Below, piece by piece: positions 16,012 to 24,900 of a stretch of DNA of 32,000 nucleotides (positions are counted from its first letter, which is position 1; each line of letters starts with the position of its first letter). A program made the translations under genes and the position numbers. The stretch spans positions 459,719-491,718 of the forward strand of contig CAWDGT010000004.1 in the NCBI GenBank assembly GCA_963801875.1, given 5' to 3'. The DNA comes from an uncultured Alphaproteobacteria bacterium. GTDB lineage: Bacteria > Pseudomonadota > Alphaproteobacteria > Rhizobiales > Xanthobacteraceae. The notes under the pieces were generated by a model that saw only the letters and a program-made list of their open reading frames with translations, searched no databases and was not told the origin of the DNA.

Positions 16012-17390
16012 TGTGTGGACGGCTCCGGATTGGCAAGGACTTTTTTCACGTCGCAGGCTTGGTCGGTGCAGCCATGTGTTCGGCCTTTAAGCGCGGTTCA
16101 CATGACCGCTGGCCATAATGCCCTCCGCGGATCAGGTCCCGGTCAAAACCGCGCATTCGATAGCAATGCGATGGCACAAGTGGGTTGTCCTGATCGCCGG
16201 ATCGACCGGCTCTGCATTACGTGCTGTTCGCCCTCCCAACCTTCACATCACGCCGGTTATCCGGCGCGATCTCGTTCACCGCGCTAGCGCGACAGGATTT
16301 CTATATCGCTCACCTTTGGCCATCATGGCCCAGGCCATCCGCGCAATCTTGTTGGCAAGCGCGATCGCGGCGACCTTTGTCGGGCGTCGACCTAGCAACG
16401 CCGTGAGCCAAGGCCGATGCCCGGTGCCATGGATCTTGGCATAGCGGATGACGGCGAGTGCTCCGGCCACGAACAGGCTCCGCAGATAGCGATCGCCCTG
16501 TTTACTGATGCTGCCGAGCCGCTCCTTGCCCCCACTTGAGTGCTGTTTGGGAACGAGCCCAATCCAGGCGGAGAAGTTACGTCCGGACCGGAAGGTTCTG
16601 GGATCGGCAACACTCGCAACCAGCGCAGTCGCCAGCATCGGGCCGACCCCAGGAATGTAATGAAGGCGCTTACTCGTCTGGTCGGACCGATGCCAGACCA
16701 GGATCATCCGATCGAACTCCAAAATCTGCTCCTTGAGAGCGAGCAGCTGGGTACCGAGCGCGGCAAGGCAGGCACGGGCAACCTCCGGCACCCGCTTGTC
16801 CTTCGGGTCGGCAACAATACGCAGCAATTCCGTGACCCCTTTGCGCCCGACCGGTGCGACAATGCCGAACTCGGCGAGATGCGCTCGGATCGAATTAATC
16901 ACCGCGGTCTGCTGACGGATGAATAGATGGCGTGTGCGATGAAGCATCAGACAACTCTGCTGCTCTGGCGTCTTGGTTGGCACGAACCGCATGTTGGCTC
17001 TGGTGACCGCTTCGCAAATCGCTTCTGCGTCGGCCATGTCGTTCTTCTGCCGTTTGACATAGGGCTTTACGTAAGCCGGCGGCATCAATCGCACGGTATG
17101 GCCAAGTGTCTGCAACTCGCGCGACCAATGGTGAGACGAGGCGCAAGCCTCGATGCCGACCAAGCAGGGTGGCAGCTTCTCAAAGAATGTCAGCACGTGG
17201 CGACGTTTCAACTGGCGGCGGATGACCACCTGGCCGGCGGCATCAACGCCGTGCACCTGGAACACCGACTTGGCGATGTCGAGACCGATTGTCGTGATCG
17301 TCTGCATGGACCTGCTCCTCTAAATCGTGGGAGCCTCAACAGCGCCCACATCCATGGCACTCATGTGCCGGTGGAGGAGCCGTCCACAGC
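16012..17390 (-). mobile_element. IS110-family insertion sequence #2 (~1.38 kb) with 13-bp terminal/subterminal inverted repeats
   Basis: tgtggacggctcc at 16014..16026 and its exact reverse complement ggagccgtccaca at 17376..17388 bracket the transposase gene. In gene orientation the 5' non-coding region is ~80 nt and the 3' non-coding region ~260 nt. Confidence 0.8.
16276..17307 (-). CDS. IS110-family transposase (a different lineage from 5953..6987)
   Basis: IGLDIAKSVFQVHGVD, LVGIEACASSHHW, KRQKNDMADAEAICEA, then YIPGVGPMLATALVASV...PKQHSSGGKERLGSISKQGDRYLRSLFV. Confidence 0.95.
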   Translation of the reverse strand: MQTITTIGLDIAKSVFQVHGVDAAGQVVIRRQLKRRHVLTFFEKLPPCLVGIEACASSHHWSRELQTLGHTVRLMPPAYVKPYVKRQKNDMADAEAICEAVTRANMRFVPTKTPEQQSCLMLHRTRHLFIRQQTAVINSIRAHLAEFGIVAPVGRKGVTELLRIVADPKDKRVPEVARACLAALGTQLLALKEQILEFDRMILVWHRSDQTSKRLHYIPGVGPMLATALVASVADPRTFRSGRNFSAWIGLVPKQHSSGGKERLGSISKQGDRYLRSLFVAGALAVIRYAKIHGTGHRPWLTALLGRRPTKVAAIALANKIARMAWAMMAKGERYRNPVALAR

Positions 17391-17428
17391 ATCACAACCG
17401 GACTCATGCACTGCAGCAAACAGCATCT

Positions 17429-18412
17429 CTATTCGATCACCTCGTCGGCACGGGCGAGCAGCGTCTGAGGTATAATGAGGCCGAGGCTCTTGGCCGTCTT
17501 GAGATTGAGGACCAGTTCGTATTTTGTCGGCGCTTGCACCGGCAGGTCAGCCGGTTTTGTTCCCTTCGGGATGCGATCCACATAGCCCGCCGCAAGTCGA
17601 AACTGGTCGACAAGGTCAGGCCCGTAGGAGACCAGGCCACCCTCGGCGGCGATGTAACTAAGCCCGTAGACCGCCGGCAGCTTGAACCGGGCCGCCAGTG
17701 TGACGATCAGATTGCGATGAATAGTCGCCGACGCGCTCGGCGTGACAATCAGGCCACCGTTTGGAGAGCCAGCAAAGGCCGCAACAGCGCGCCTAACTTC
17801 GTCGGCATTTTGCGTACCGACGGGGCTGATCTGAAGCCCGGACGACTGCGCCGCGGACTGGATGACGCCGAACATGGCAATTCCGGCCGGATTGGCAGCA
17901 TCGCGCAGTACCGCCACGCGTGTCACGCTGGGTGCAATCTGCTTCAGGAGTTCCAACCACTTTATGCTCAGACTGTATTCATAGATCATGAAGCCGGTGA
18001 CTTGACCGCCCGGTCGGGAAAGAGAGTCGACAAAGCCTGCGCCAACGGGATCGGTGACCGCCGCAAATACGATTGGCACGGTACGGCTCGCAATCTGCAC
18101 GGCCGTCACGCCCAAGGTTCCGCCTGCCAGCACAATATGCGGCGAGAGTGCGATCAGTTCGGCGGCATATTTGCGTTCAAGCTCGACATCGTCGGCGCCC
18201 CAGCGGGTCTCGATCCGCACGTTGCGACCGACCTCCCAACCAGCGTCTTGCAGCCCCTTTTGGAATGATGCAAGCCGGGCCTGGCCTTCCGGGTCGTCGG
18301 CTGCGCGGTTCATGAGTATGCCGATCAGCGGCACCGCCGACGACTGCGCACGCGCTGCAAGCGGCCATGCCACCGTGCTGCTGATAAACGTGATGAACTC
18401 GCGTCGCTGCAT
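17429..18412 (-). CDS. orphan ABC-transporter substrate-binding protein (PF04392-like), paralogue of 4736..5719
   Basis: MQRREFITFISSTVAWPLAARAQ, PIVFAAVTDPVGAGFVDSLSRPGGQVTG, KPADLPVQAPTKYELVLNLKTAKSLGLIIP...ADEVIE. Confidence 0.85.
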   Translation of the reverse strand: MQRREFITFISSTVAWPLAARAQSSAVPLIGILMNRAADDPEGQARLASFQKGLQDAGWEVGRNVRIETRWGADDVELERKYAAELIALSPHIVLAGGTLGVTAVQIASRTVPIVFAAVTDPVGAGFVDSLSRPGGQVTGFMIYEYSLSIKWLELLKQIAPSVTRVAVLRDAANPAGIAMFGVIQSAAQSSGLQISPVGTQNADEVRRAVAAFAGSPNGGLIVTPSASATIHRNLIVTLAARFKLPAVYGLSYIAAEGGLVSYGPDLVDQFRLAAGYVDRIPKGTKPADLPVQAPTKYELVLNLKTAKSLGLIIPQTLLARADEVIE

Positions 18413-18728
18413 GTACCTAAAACACGATTTTGTGGTCGTGTAAGCCTAGCACTTTGCGACCGGCCCGCGAGTGAGAAATGGCACAACTGATCTCAAATGC
18501 TGATAGCCCATATCCGGTTGGGGTCAATTGCTACCGGTGCAGGTCCTTCGGGCCATGTCCGGTCTACCCCCGTTAGCGACCGAACTGCGGACATTGCTGG
18601 AGGTCCGTTTGGTGCCACAAACGGACATCCAGACATTCTCTGGCTCGGGGCTAATCTTCAAAAAGGCGCGGACCCGACTTCTCAGAATTTTTCAGGCGTG
18701 TAGTCTCTCGTCCCCAGGAGGCTCTGGC

Positions 18729-20474
18729 TTGCCCACGGAGCGCGTAGAACGACGTTTAGCGGCCATCCTTGCGGCGGATGTGGCCGGCTACTCTCGGCTC
18801 ATGGAAGCCGACGAAGAAGGCACGCTCGCAAAGCTAAAGACCCATAGAAGAGAACTGATCGATCCGAAAATCACCGAGTTCGGAGGCCGTATCGTAAAGA
18901 CCACGGGCGACGGCCTGCTGGCGGAATTTGCGAGCGTCGTTGACGCTGTACGCTGCGCCGTTGAAGTGCAGAGAGGCATGGTCGAGCGCAATGGTTTGGT
19001 CCCGGAAAAGGAGCGTATCGAATTCCGGGTGGGCGTCCATCAAGGAGATATCATCAGCGATGCAGGGGATACCTTTGGCGACGCTGTGAACATCGCAGCC
19101 CGTCTGGAGGGGTTGTCTTTCCCCGGAGAGGTCTGCATATCATCCCGAGCGCAGGAAGATGCCGCCGGCAAGCTCGACGTGACCTTTGAAGATTTGGGGG
19201 TACAACATCTAAAGAACATCACTAAGCCGGTGAGAGTATATCGGATACAACCGGGTGGTGTTTCAACGCAGCCGGTGCAGCAGGCGCTGGCACTTCCCGA
19301 CAAGCCATCTATAGCTGTTCTGCCATTCGCCAATATGAGCGGTGATGTTGAGCAGGAATACTTCGTCGATGGTGTCTCCGAGGACATCATCACAGCCCTC
19401 TCGAAATTGCGTTGGTTTTTCGTTATCGCGCGTAATTCGTCATTCGTTTACAAGGGCAAGACAGTCGACATAAGGCAAGTCGGCCGCGAGTTGGGCGTGC
19501 GTTACGTGCTAGAGGGAAGCATAAGAAGATCGGGAGAACGAGTTCGCATAACCGCGCAGCTTATCGACGCTTCCACGGGTAACCATATCTGGGCAGATCG
19601 CTATGAAGGCGATAGCAATGACGTATTTGCACTGCAAGACAAGATAACTAACAGCGTTGTCGCCGCCATCGAACCGCGTCTCTTGGAAGCGGAAAGTGAC
19701 CGATCGCACAGCCGGACACCGGATGATATGCGTGCTTGGGACTTGTTGATGCAGGCCACCTCCCTTTTTTGGAGGCTAAACAAGACCGATGGCGAAGCTG
19801 CAATTTCCATTCTTGGGCGCGCTGTCAAACTTCATCCCGAATACGCGCCGGCACACAGCATGCTCGCGTTTGCGATGCTCTTACTTGGCTATCTTGGGTA
19901 CATCGAGCCCCAGGTGAAGGATGCCACCGCGCTTGCCGCCCGAGCTGCCGAGCTCGATCGGAACGACCCCTGGGCCTATGTCGCCCTTGGATTTGTCTCA
20001 TTCATCGAACGGCGCACCGATGAATCAATCGCCCACTTTGAGCGAGCGCTCAATCTCAATCCAAATTTTGCTGCCGCTCACGGCTATTTAGGTTGGACTC
20101 TGTCATTCGATGGACAATCGGACAAATCCATCGCGCACTCCCAGACAGCAATCCGCATGAGCCCGCACGACCCACAACAGGTAATATTTTATGGCGGAAT
20201 GGCAGCGGCCCACTATCTTGCTGGACGGTATGACGAAGCGATTAACAGCGCGCTTAGCGTGTTGCAATACCGGCCTACATTCAATGGAGCACGGCGGTTA
20301 CTTATATCCGCCTTGGCTCAAGCCGGCCGGCTCGATGAGGCGCGTACGGAACTAGAGCGGCTTAAGACCTTTCAGCCTGACATTTCGATTGCTTGGATAG
20401 AGAAGAACGTCCCGTATACGCCAGCCTCAATGGCCAAATATTTAGAAGGTTGGCACAAGGTGGGGCTTCGGTAG
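18729..20474 (+). CDS. class III adenylate/guanylate cyclase fused to a TolB-N-like/TPR C-terminal region
   Basis: RRLAAILAADVAGYSRLM...GGRIVKTTGDGLLAEF...FRVGVHQGD...GDAVNIAARLE is the cyclase homology domain. PSIAVLPFANMSGD..EYF.DG..EDIITALS follows, then TPR-like repeats. I prefer the TTG at 18729, 8 nt after AGGAGG (18715-18720). The track start at 18528 runs through REP-like repeat sequence. Confidence 0.85.
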   Translation: MPTERVERRLAAILAADVAGYSRLMEADEEGTLAKLKTHRRELIDPKITEFGGRIVKTTGDGLLAEFASVVDAVRCAVEVQRGMVERNGLVPEKERIEFRVGVHQGDIISDAGDTFGDAVNIAARLEGLSFPGEVCISSRAQEDAAGKLDVTFEDLGVQHLKNITKPVRVYRIQPGGVSTQPVQQALALPDKPSIAVLPFANMSGDVEQEYFVDGVSEDIITALSKLRWFFVIARNSSFVYKGKTVDIRQVGRELGVRYVLEGSIRRSGERVRITAQLIDASTGNHIWADRYEGDSNDVFALQDKITNSVVAAIEPRLLEAESDRSHSRTPDDMRAWDLLMQATSLFWRLNKTDGEAAISILGRAVKLHPEYAPAHSMLAFAMLLLGYLGYIEPQVKDATALAARAAELDRNDPWAYVALGFVSFIERRTDESIAHFERALNLNPNFAAAHGYLGWTLSFDGQSDKSIAHSQTAIRMSPHDPQQVIFYGGMAAAHYLAGRYDEAINSALSVLQYRPTFNGARRLLISALAQAGRLDEARTELERLKTFQPDISIAWIEKNVPYTPASMAKYLEGWHKVGLR

Positions 20475-20497
20475 TTTCAGGCCGCATGTCCGTTCTG

Positions 20498-20564
20498 GGT
20501 CAAAAGCTGAAAACCTCAATGCGAGCATATGTTTTCCGCTCTGCCCTCGATAGCGGACATCGCT
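20498..20564 (-). repeat. REP-like repeat, diverged copy in reverse orientation
   Basis: gggtcaaaagctga is the reverse complement of the B-module end tcagcttttgaccc. The copy ends with atagcggacatcgc. Confidence 0.6.
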
Positions 20565-20595
20565 GAACGCGATGGTCAATCCATCGTCAGGTGGC

Positions 20596-21339
20596 TTAGA
20601 TCTGGACCGCACAAATCAGCGCGTCTGGCGTCTCCCAAGACGCCAGCAATCCATGCTCGTAGGATTCGAAGATCTTCAATTGATTATCTATCGGCACCGA
20701 GCCTTCGGACGCTCCAGTGCTCAGCAGCAGTTCGATGTTTGAAATGGCCTGCGCCGCGGCTTCCGCCAAGGATGTTTCCAGCCAGCCAATCTGTGACGTG
20801 ACGGCCCTCACCCGGAACACTTCTTCGTCCGACAGGTTCACCGACATCGCTTGGGACTTCGCAAGCAATTTTGGAGCCATCAGTGCTCGGTCGTGACCTT
20901 CCACGCCGAGGAGTTCGTTCGCCAACATCCGGATTGCGAACGCACGGTCGAACGCGGGCTCGTCAGGTGTCACCGGAGGCGCTGTCCGGCGCCAGAAACT
21001 TGCCGTTCCCATGTCGAGGAGCGCGTCGAGGCCGAACCGGCTGAGGTAGTCGTGCGCGTCCGTCAGGGTGTCCATCCATTTTATAACAAGAGGTTTGGTC
21101 CAGCCCGACCGGCGGGCGAACTGCCGGATCGTCCGTTCGACCGTCGCTCTGTCAGGAGCACAACGGCACCGACCGATCCACTGGGCGCGTTCGAGGAGGG
21201 ATCGTGTCAGGGGATGCCATCCCTCGGAGCCCGACAAGTCAGGCTCAACGGGGCCGGGGCTGACGCCCTTTGCTCCGACGGCCCCGGTCAAGGCGGAGCA
21301 AATCGCACCTACCAATAATTGCCGACGGTCAACCTCCAT
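20596..21339 (-). CDS. hypothetical protein with a possible Tat-type signal (DRRQLLVGAICSALTGAVGA)
   Basis: 247-aa ORF with good codon bias. GGAGGGG lies upstream of the ATG. I recognise no family. Confidence 0.6.
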   Translation of the reverse strand: MEVDRRQLLVGAICSALTGAVGAKGVSPGPVEPDLSGSEGWHPLTRSLLERAQWIGRCRCAPDRATVERTIRQFARRSGWTKPLVIKWMDTLTDAHDYLSRFGLDALLDMGTASFWRRTAPPVTPDEPAFDRAFAIRMLANELLGVEGHDRALMAPKLLAKSQAMSVNLSDEEVFRVRAVTSQIGWLETSLAEAAAQAISNIELLLSTGASEGSVPIDNQLKIFESYEHGLLASWETPDALICAVQI

Positions 21340-21553
21340 CCAACCCCTCCGACCTTCCAGGAAGGCCGGCAGTAAACTGAAGTCCCAGGGAAGGACATGT
21401 GGGGTCAGCCCGGACTAAGAGACGGACGGGGCCGGCAAGGGAGCTAGTCCGCCTTCCTACGTACGTAATCCAGAGCCGAACTAGAGGATGCGAGTTCGTC
21501 GATCCGGCGGCTGGAGCATGTCGATCGACCTCTGCTTACCTGAAGTCTGACCG

Positions 21554-23260
21554 TCACCTTCGATCGAGCTTTCCCCCGCCACGATTTGTTGTTCGAAGCG
21601 GAGAGGATCCCACGGCCCGAACGGCCGCGTCACGGAATCCAACAGCAAAATAGCGCCGGGATTGATCGGGTTCGGCCGCGAGCCGTTGCATGTGAGCGAT
21701 CACATCATCTGCTCCTTCCCCCCCGATCTCTTGCAACTGGTCGATCGAACGCTGCATGGCCGGCTGAACCCCTCGCGGCGCGATCAACAACGTCTCGACC
21801 AAGACTCTAAGCCGGGAAGCGATCTGAGCACGGAGCTTGTACAGCTCATCCGATGGCGGCATCTGAAGCGCCTTCACAAGCGTCTTGATCTCTTCCCTGC
21901 TCGTGTAGAAGCGTGAAGTCCGGCCGCTGAAGTCCCGCTGCTCCGCCTCCTTCGACGCAAGATGCTTGGTCAGCTCCGATTGTTTTGCGGTAAGTTCGTT
22001 GAGCTTACCGGCAACGAACTCGGGCGGCCCGCCAGCCTTCAAGACCGCGTAGGTCTGTTCCATGAGCGCGGCGGTGGATGATAGCTCTCCGCGAATGGCC
22101 GACACCGCGTCCTCAAGCATCTTCCGCTTCCCCGCATCTTCATTTGCATTGATGATGCTTTCGAGGTCGAGTTCCTGAACGAACGCGAGAAACGAAGCCT
22201 CAAAATCCTGATACCGCCATCTCGTGGCGTCGCATCCCCGGCCCCGTTGGGCATTCCCACATACGAGGTAGGTGCCACCACGTGTCCCTGAGCCCTTGTT
22301 TTCGAATGCGATCGTAGAGTGGCAATACGCGCAGCGTGCCAACCCAGTGAAAAGGTTCGTGTAGCCGGGTCCCTTTCGACCAGCGCCCCCTATCCTTCGT
22401 TGCGACCGCGAATGCTGCGCCCGGAAGAACAACTCCTCTGAGACGATGGCTGGGAAGTAACCCGAGATGGGCGGTCCCTCCGGGACGCGCCTACCGTCTG
22501 CTTTGACGTGCGGCTGGAACTCGCCGAGGACGGCACGGTTCTCCAAAGTCTTGGCAAGGTACGATCTATGCCAGCCGTTTTTACCCACGAATGCAGGCAG
22601 CCCGGCCTTATTGAGCCGAGTGGCAATCGAGTACATTCCCAGGCCCGAAGCCGAGTCGGCAAAGATCTGGCGAACGGTTTCAACCCGTTCCGGAATAATC
22701 TCGTATGAACGACCATCTGGCGATAATCGAAGCCATGCCGGGCAACGGGCGGTCATGGGCTGACCTTCTGCTGCCTTTGTGCGCTTGTTCTTCCAAGCAG
22801 CGCCTACTCGCATACTCTTGGTCTTGGATTCCTCGTGAGCGCGCTCCATGATCACTAGCGAGGTGATCATGTCGACGAGGTTCGTGGTCTTGGCCCGATA
22901 GACCCGCTTGTCGGCGAGCGTGACGAGATTGATCCCAGCTTGCACGATACTGAGGAACAACGTGTGTGCCGGCAGAATTTCCTCTCGGCTGAGCCGGTCC
23001 AGCGATTCGACCAGAAGGTACGACCCACGTTCGACTGAACCTGCCTTCACGGCGGTCAAAAATTGACCCAGAGCTCCATCCCGGACGTTCGCGCCCTTGA
23101 AAGCGGAAATACCGATATCTTCGAGCCGCGCTTCATCTGCCAGCTCCAGCCCGTGCTCTTCCGCATAGGCCTCCGACGCTTCAAGTTGCCGCCGCCGGCT
23201 GTCCCCTTTGAGCTGGAGATCGGTCGACATACGGAGGTAGGAATAGGCGCGAGGCTTCAT
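21554..23260 (-). CDS. large serine recombinase (resolvase domain + recombinase domain + zinc ribbon + coiled coil)
   Basis: [16 protein letters not shown] carries the catalytic Ser motif, followed by [14 protein letters not shown], then [10 protein letters not shown]...[13 protein letters not shown] (zinc ribbon) and a long helical C-terminus. The ATG at 23260 is preferred. The track extension to 23419 overlaps comM-derived sequence. Confidence 0.9.
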   Translation of the reverse strand: MKPRAYSYLRMSTDLQLKGDSRRRQLEASEAYAEEHGLELADEARLEDIGISAFKGANVRDGALGQFLTAVKAGSVERGSYLLVESLDRLSREEILPAHTLFLSIVQAGINLVTLADKRVYRAKTTNLVDMITSLVIMERAHEESKTKSMRVGAAWKNKRTKAAEGQPMTARCPAWLRLSPDGRSYEIIPERVETVRQIFADSASGLGMYSIATRLNKAGLPAFVGKNGWHRSYLAKTLENRAVLGEFQPHVKADGRRVPEGPPISGYFPAIVSEELFFRAQHSRSQRRIGGAGRKGPGYTNLFTGLARCAYCHSTIAFENKGSGTRGGTYLVCGNAQRGRGCDATRWRYQDFEASFLAFVQELDLESIINANEDAGKRKMLEDAVSAIRGELSSTAALMEQTYAVLKAGGPPEFVAGKLNELTAKQSELTKHLASKEAEQRDFSGRTSRFYTSREEIKTLVKALQMPPSDELYKLRAQIASRLRVLVETLLIAPRGVQPAMQRSIDQLQEIGGEGADDVIAHMQRLAAEPDQSRRYFAVGFRDAAVRAVGSSPLRTTNRGGGKLDRR

Positions 23261-23310
23261 CGTGTTAACCCAAAGAGAAGTACCTCTACTCGAAGTTGGG
23301 TTATTTGTAC

Positions 23311-24218
23311 ACGACATCTTGATGATCGGCTCGCCCGGCGCCGGCAAGTCGATGCTGGCAGCACGGCTGCCCTCGATCCTGCCGCCATTGTCGCCGTCCG
23401 AGCTTTTGGAAGTCTCCATGATCGCCTCCGTCGCCGGCGAAATCAGGGACGGCGCGCTGACGGCGCGACGGCCGTTCCGCAGCCCCCATCATTCGGCCAG
23501 CATGGCCGCGCTCACCGGCGGCGGCATGCGCGCAAGGCCCGGCGAGATCTCGCTGGCGCATCAGGGCGTGCTGTTTCTCGACGAACTGCCGGAGTTCGAT
23601 CCGCGCGTGCTGGATTCGCTGCGCCAGCCCTTTTAGAACGGCGAGGTCGCGGTCTCCCGCGCCAATCACCGCGTCACCTATCCGGCGCGCTTCATGCTGG
23701 TGGCGGCGATGAACCCCTGCCGCTGCGGCAACGCCTATGAGCCCGGTTTTTCCTGCAAGCGCGGACGGATCGATCGCTGCACATCCGATTATCAGGCGCG
23801 CATCTCCGGTCCCCTGATGGACCGCATCGATCTGCGCATCGAGGTCCCCGCGGTGGCTGCCTCCGATCTGATCCTGCCTCCATCGGCGGAAGGCTCGGCC
23901 GAAGTCGCCGCGCGCGTCGCCGCGGCGCGCGACATTCAGCTCACACGTTACGCCGCGATCGGATTGCGTGACATCCGCACCAATGCGGAAGCGCCGGCGT
24001 CGGTGCTGGAGACCATCGCGCAGCCCGATGCGCAGGGAACAAAACTGCTGCGCGAGGCCTCCGAGACCATGCGGCTGTCGGCGCGCGGCTATCATCGCGT
24101 GCTGCGCGTCGCGCGCACACTCGCCGATCTCGACGGCGCGGACAAGATCAGCCGGCTGCATCTGGCCGAAGCCCTGTCGTACCGCGCGCTTGCTGATGAC
24201 CTCAGGCGAGCGGCGTGA
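23311..24218 (+). pseudogene. comM: comM/yifB (Mg-chelatase-like AAA+ ATPase) 3' fragment lacking about the N-terminal 190 codons, with an in-frame TAG at 23634..23636
   Basis: [28 protein letters not shown] (Walker A), [11 protein letters not shown] (Walker B), [36 protein letters not shown], and ...ARGYHRVLRVARTLADLDG. Track ORFs 23262..23636 and 23694..24218 are in the same frame. The TAG sits where family members have Glu (P-L-E-x-G). Confidence 0.85.
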
Positions 24219-24560
24219 ACATAGCCATGTCAGCCAGCCTGACGGGCAAATCACTGAATCTCCTGTCCAGCCCCATTTGCAAAAATATTTCCGTTCCCGT
24301 CCGATGCAAATCACTTCATATCGTCAGCCGTCCCGCCCCACAGAGGGGCGTATCATGATCGTCGCGTACGCGGGGCGGGATGCGGTGGACGCGAATGCGC
24401 CTTTAAGACGAGCGGCGCTATTCGCGGACGGCGAAGTCGTGTGGTCCTGACGCCTCGACGCCGGCGTCAAGTTGGCGAAAACAATTTCGCCGATGACGGT
24501 GACAAGAAAGCCCGATCGCCGGGGAGATCACGGAGGAAACCGTTAAAACCATTCGCGTGC

Positions 24561-24656
24561 GGGAATGCCGGGTGTTTCGGCGTGCTCGTGGTGACTAACG
24601 CGCGTGCTTTCTACACACCACGCGCGGCTGCGGGTGCGCTGGCACCCGGCATTCCC
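24561..24656. repeat. palindromic (hairpin-forming) intergenic repeat core
   Basis: A perfect 14-bp inverted repeat, gggaatgccgggtg (24561-24574) / cacccggcattccc (24643-24656), encloses a nested 7-bp inverted repeat, cgtggtg (24587-24593) / caccacg (24616-24622). The surrounding ~24350-24740 resembles a dispersed element I recall from Bradyrhizobiaceae intergenic regions (shadow translation ...ADGEVVWS). Confidence 0.6.
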
Positions 24657-24900
24657 CACGCCCTCACGGGGGCGAAGGTTCACGCACGACTCGGGCACCT
24701 CGCGCCGCGGGATCGCGGATGTGCGTCTGAGACAGTTTTCGGTGGCTGCGCTTTGAAAACGCGAGGCTCTTAATCCTTCATTAACCCTGATCTCATGCCG
24801 GTTGCCCGCAGCCGCGCGGCCTCAAGCACTTTGCAAGGTCGAAAGCCTCATCGTCGGCGCCGGGACAGGGCGCGGCAAGACAACGGTCGGGGTCATCGGC

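Noticed and set aside
17327-18268. 313-aa plus-strand ORF opposite the solute-binding protein gene. The same applies to 23301..24314(-) opposite comM, 10331..10954(-) opposite the CBS gene, 27220..28026(+) (antisense) and 27224..28084(-) (same strand, alternate frame) within coaA, and 4118..4678(-) opposite the response regulator.
   Set aside because: All are alternate-frame or antisense ORFs within genes that have clear family signatures. None has recognisable motifs. Such ORFs are expected in ~65% G+C DNA.
18528-18728. N-terminal 67-codon extension of the cyclase ORF. Similar extensions are 805-957 of kinase 1 and 23261-23419 of the serine recombinase.
   Set aside because: These extensions run through REP-like repeats or comM-derived DNA. 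They lack ribosome-binding sites and are not matched in paralogues or family N-termini. Downstream starts with Shine-Dalgarno support fit better.
765-20564. Recurring ~40-95-nt repeats as a possible CRISPR array
   Set aside because: The copies are kilobases apart, in both orientations, and of variable length and module content. They are not separated by uniform spacers, and no cas genes are present.
21353-21365. 13-nt palindrome ccttccaggaagg just upstream of the 20596..21339 gene as an operator
   Set aside because: It is short, has a single occurrence, and overlaps the ribosome-binding region. There is no second site or partner regulator to support a call.
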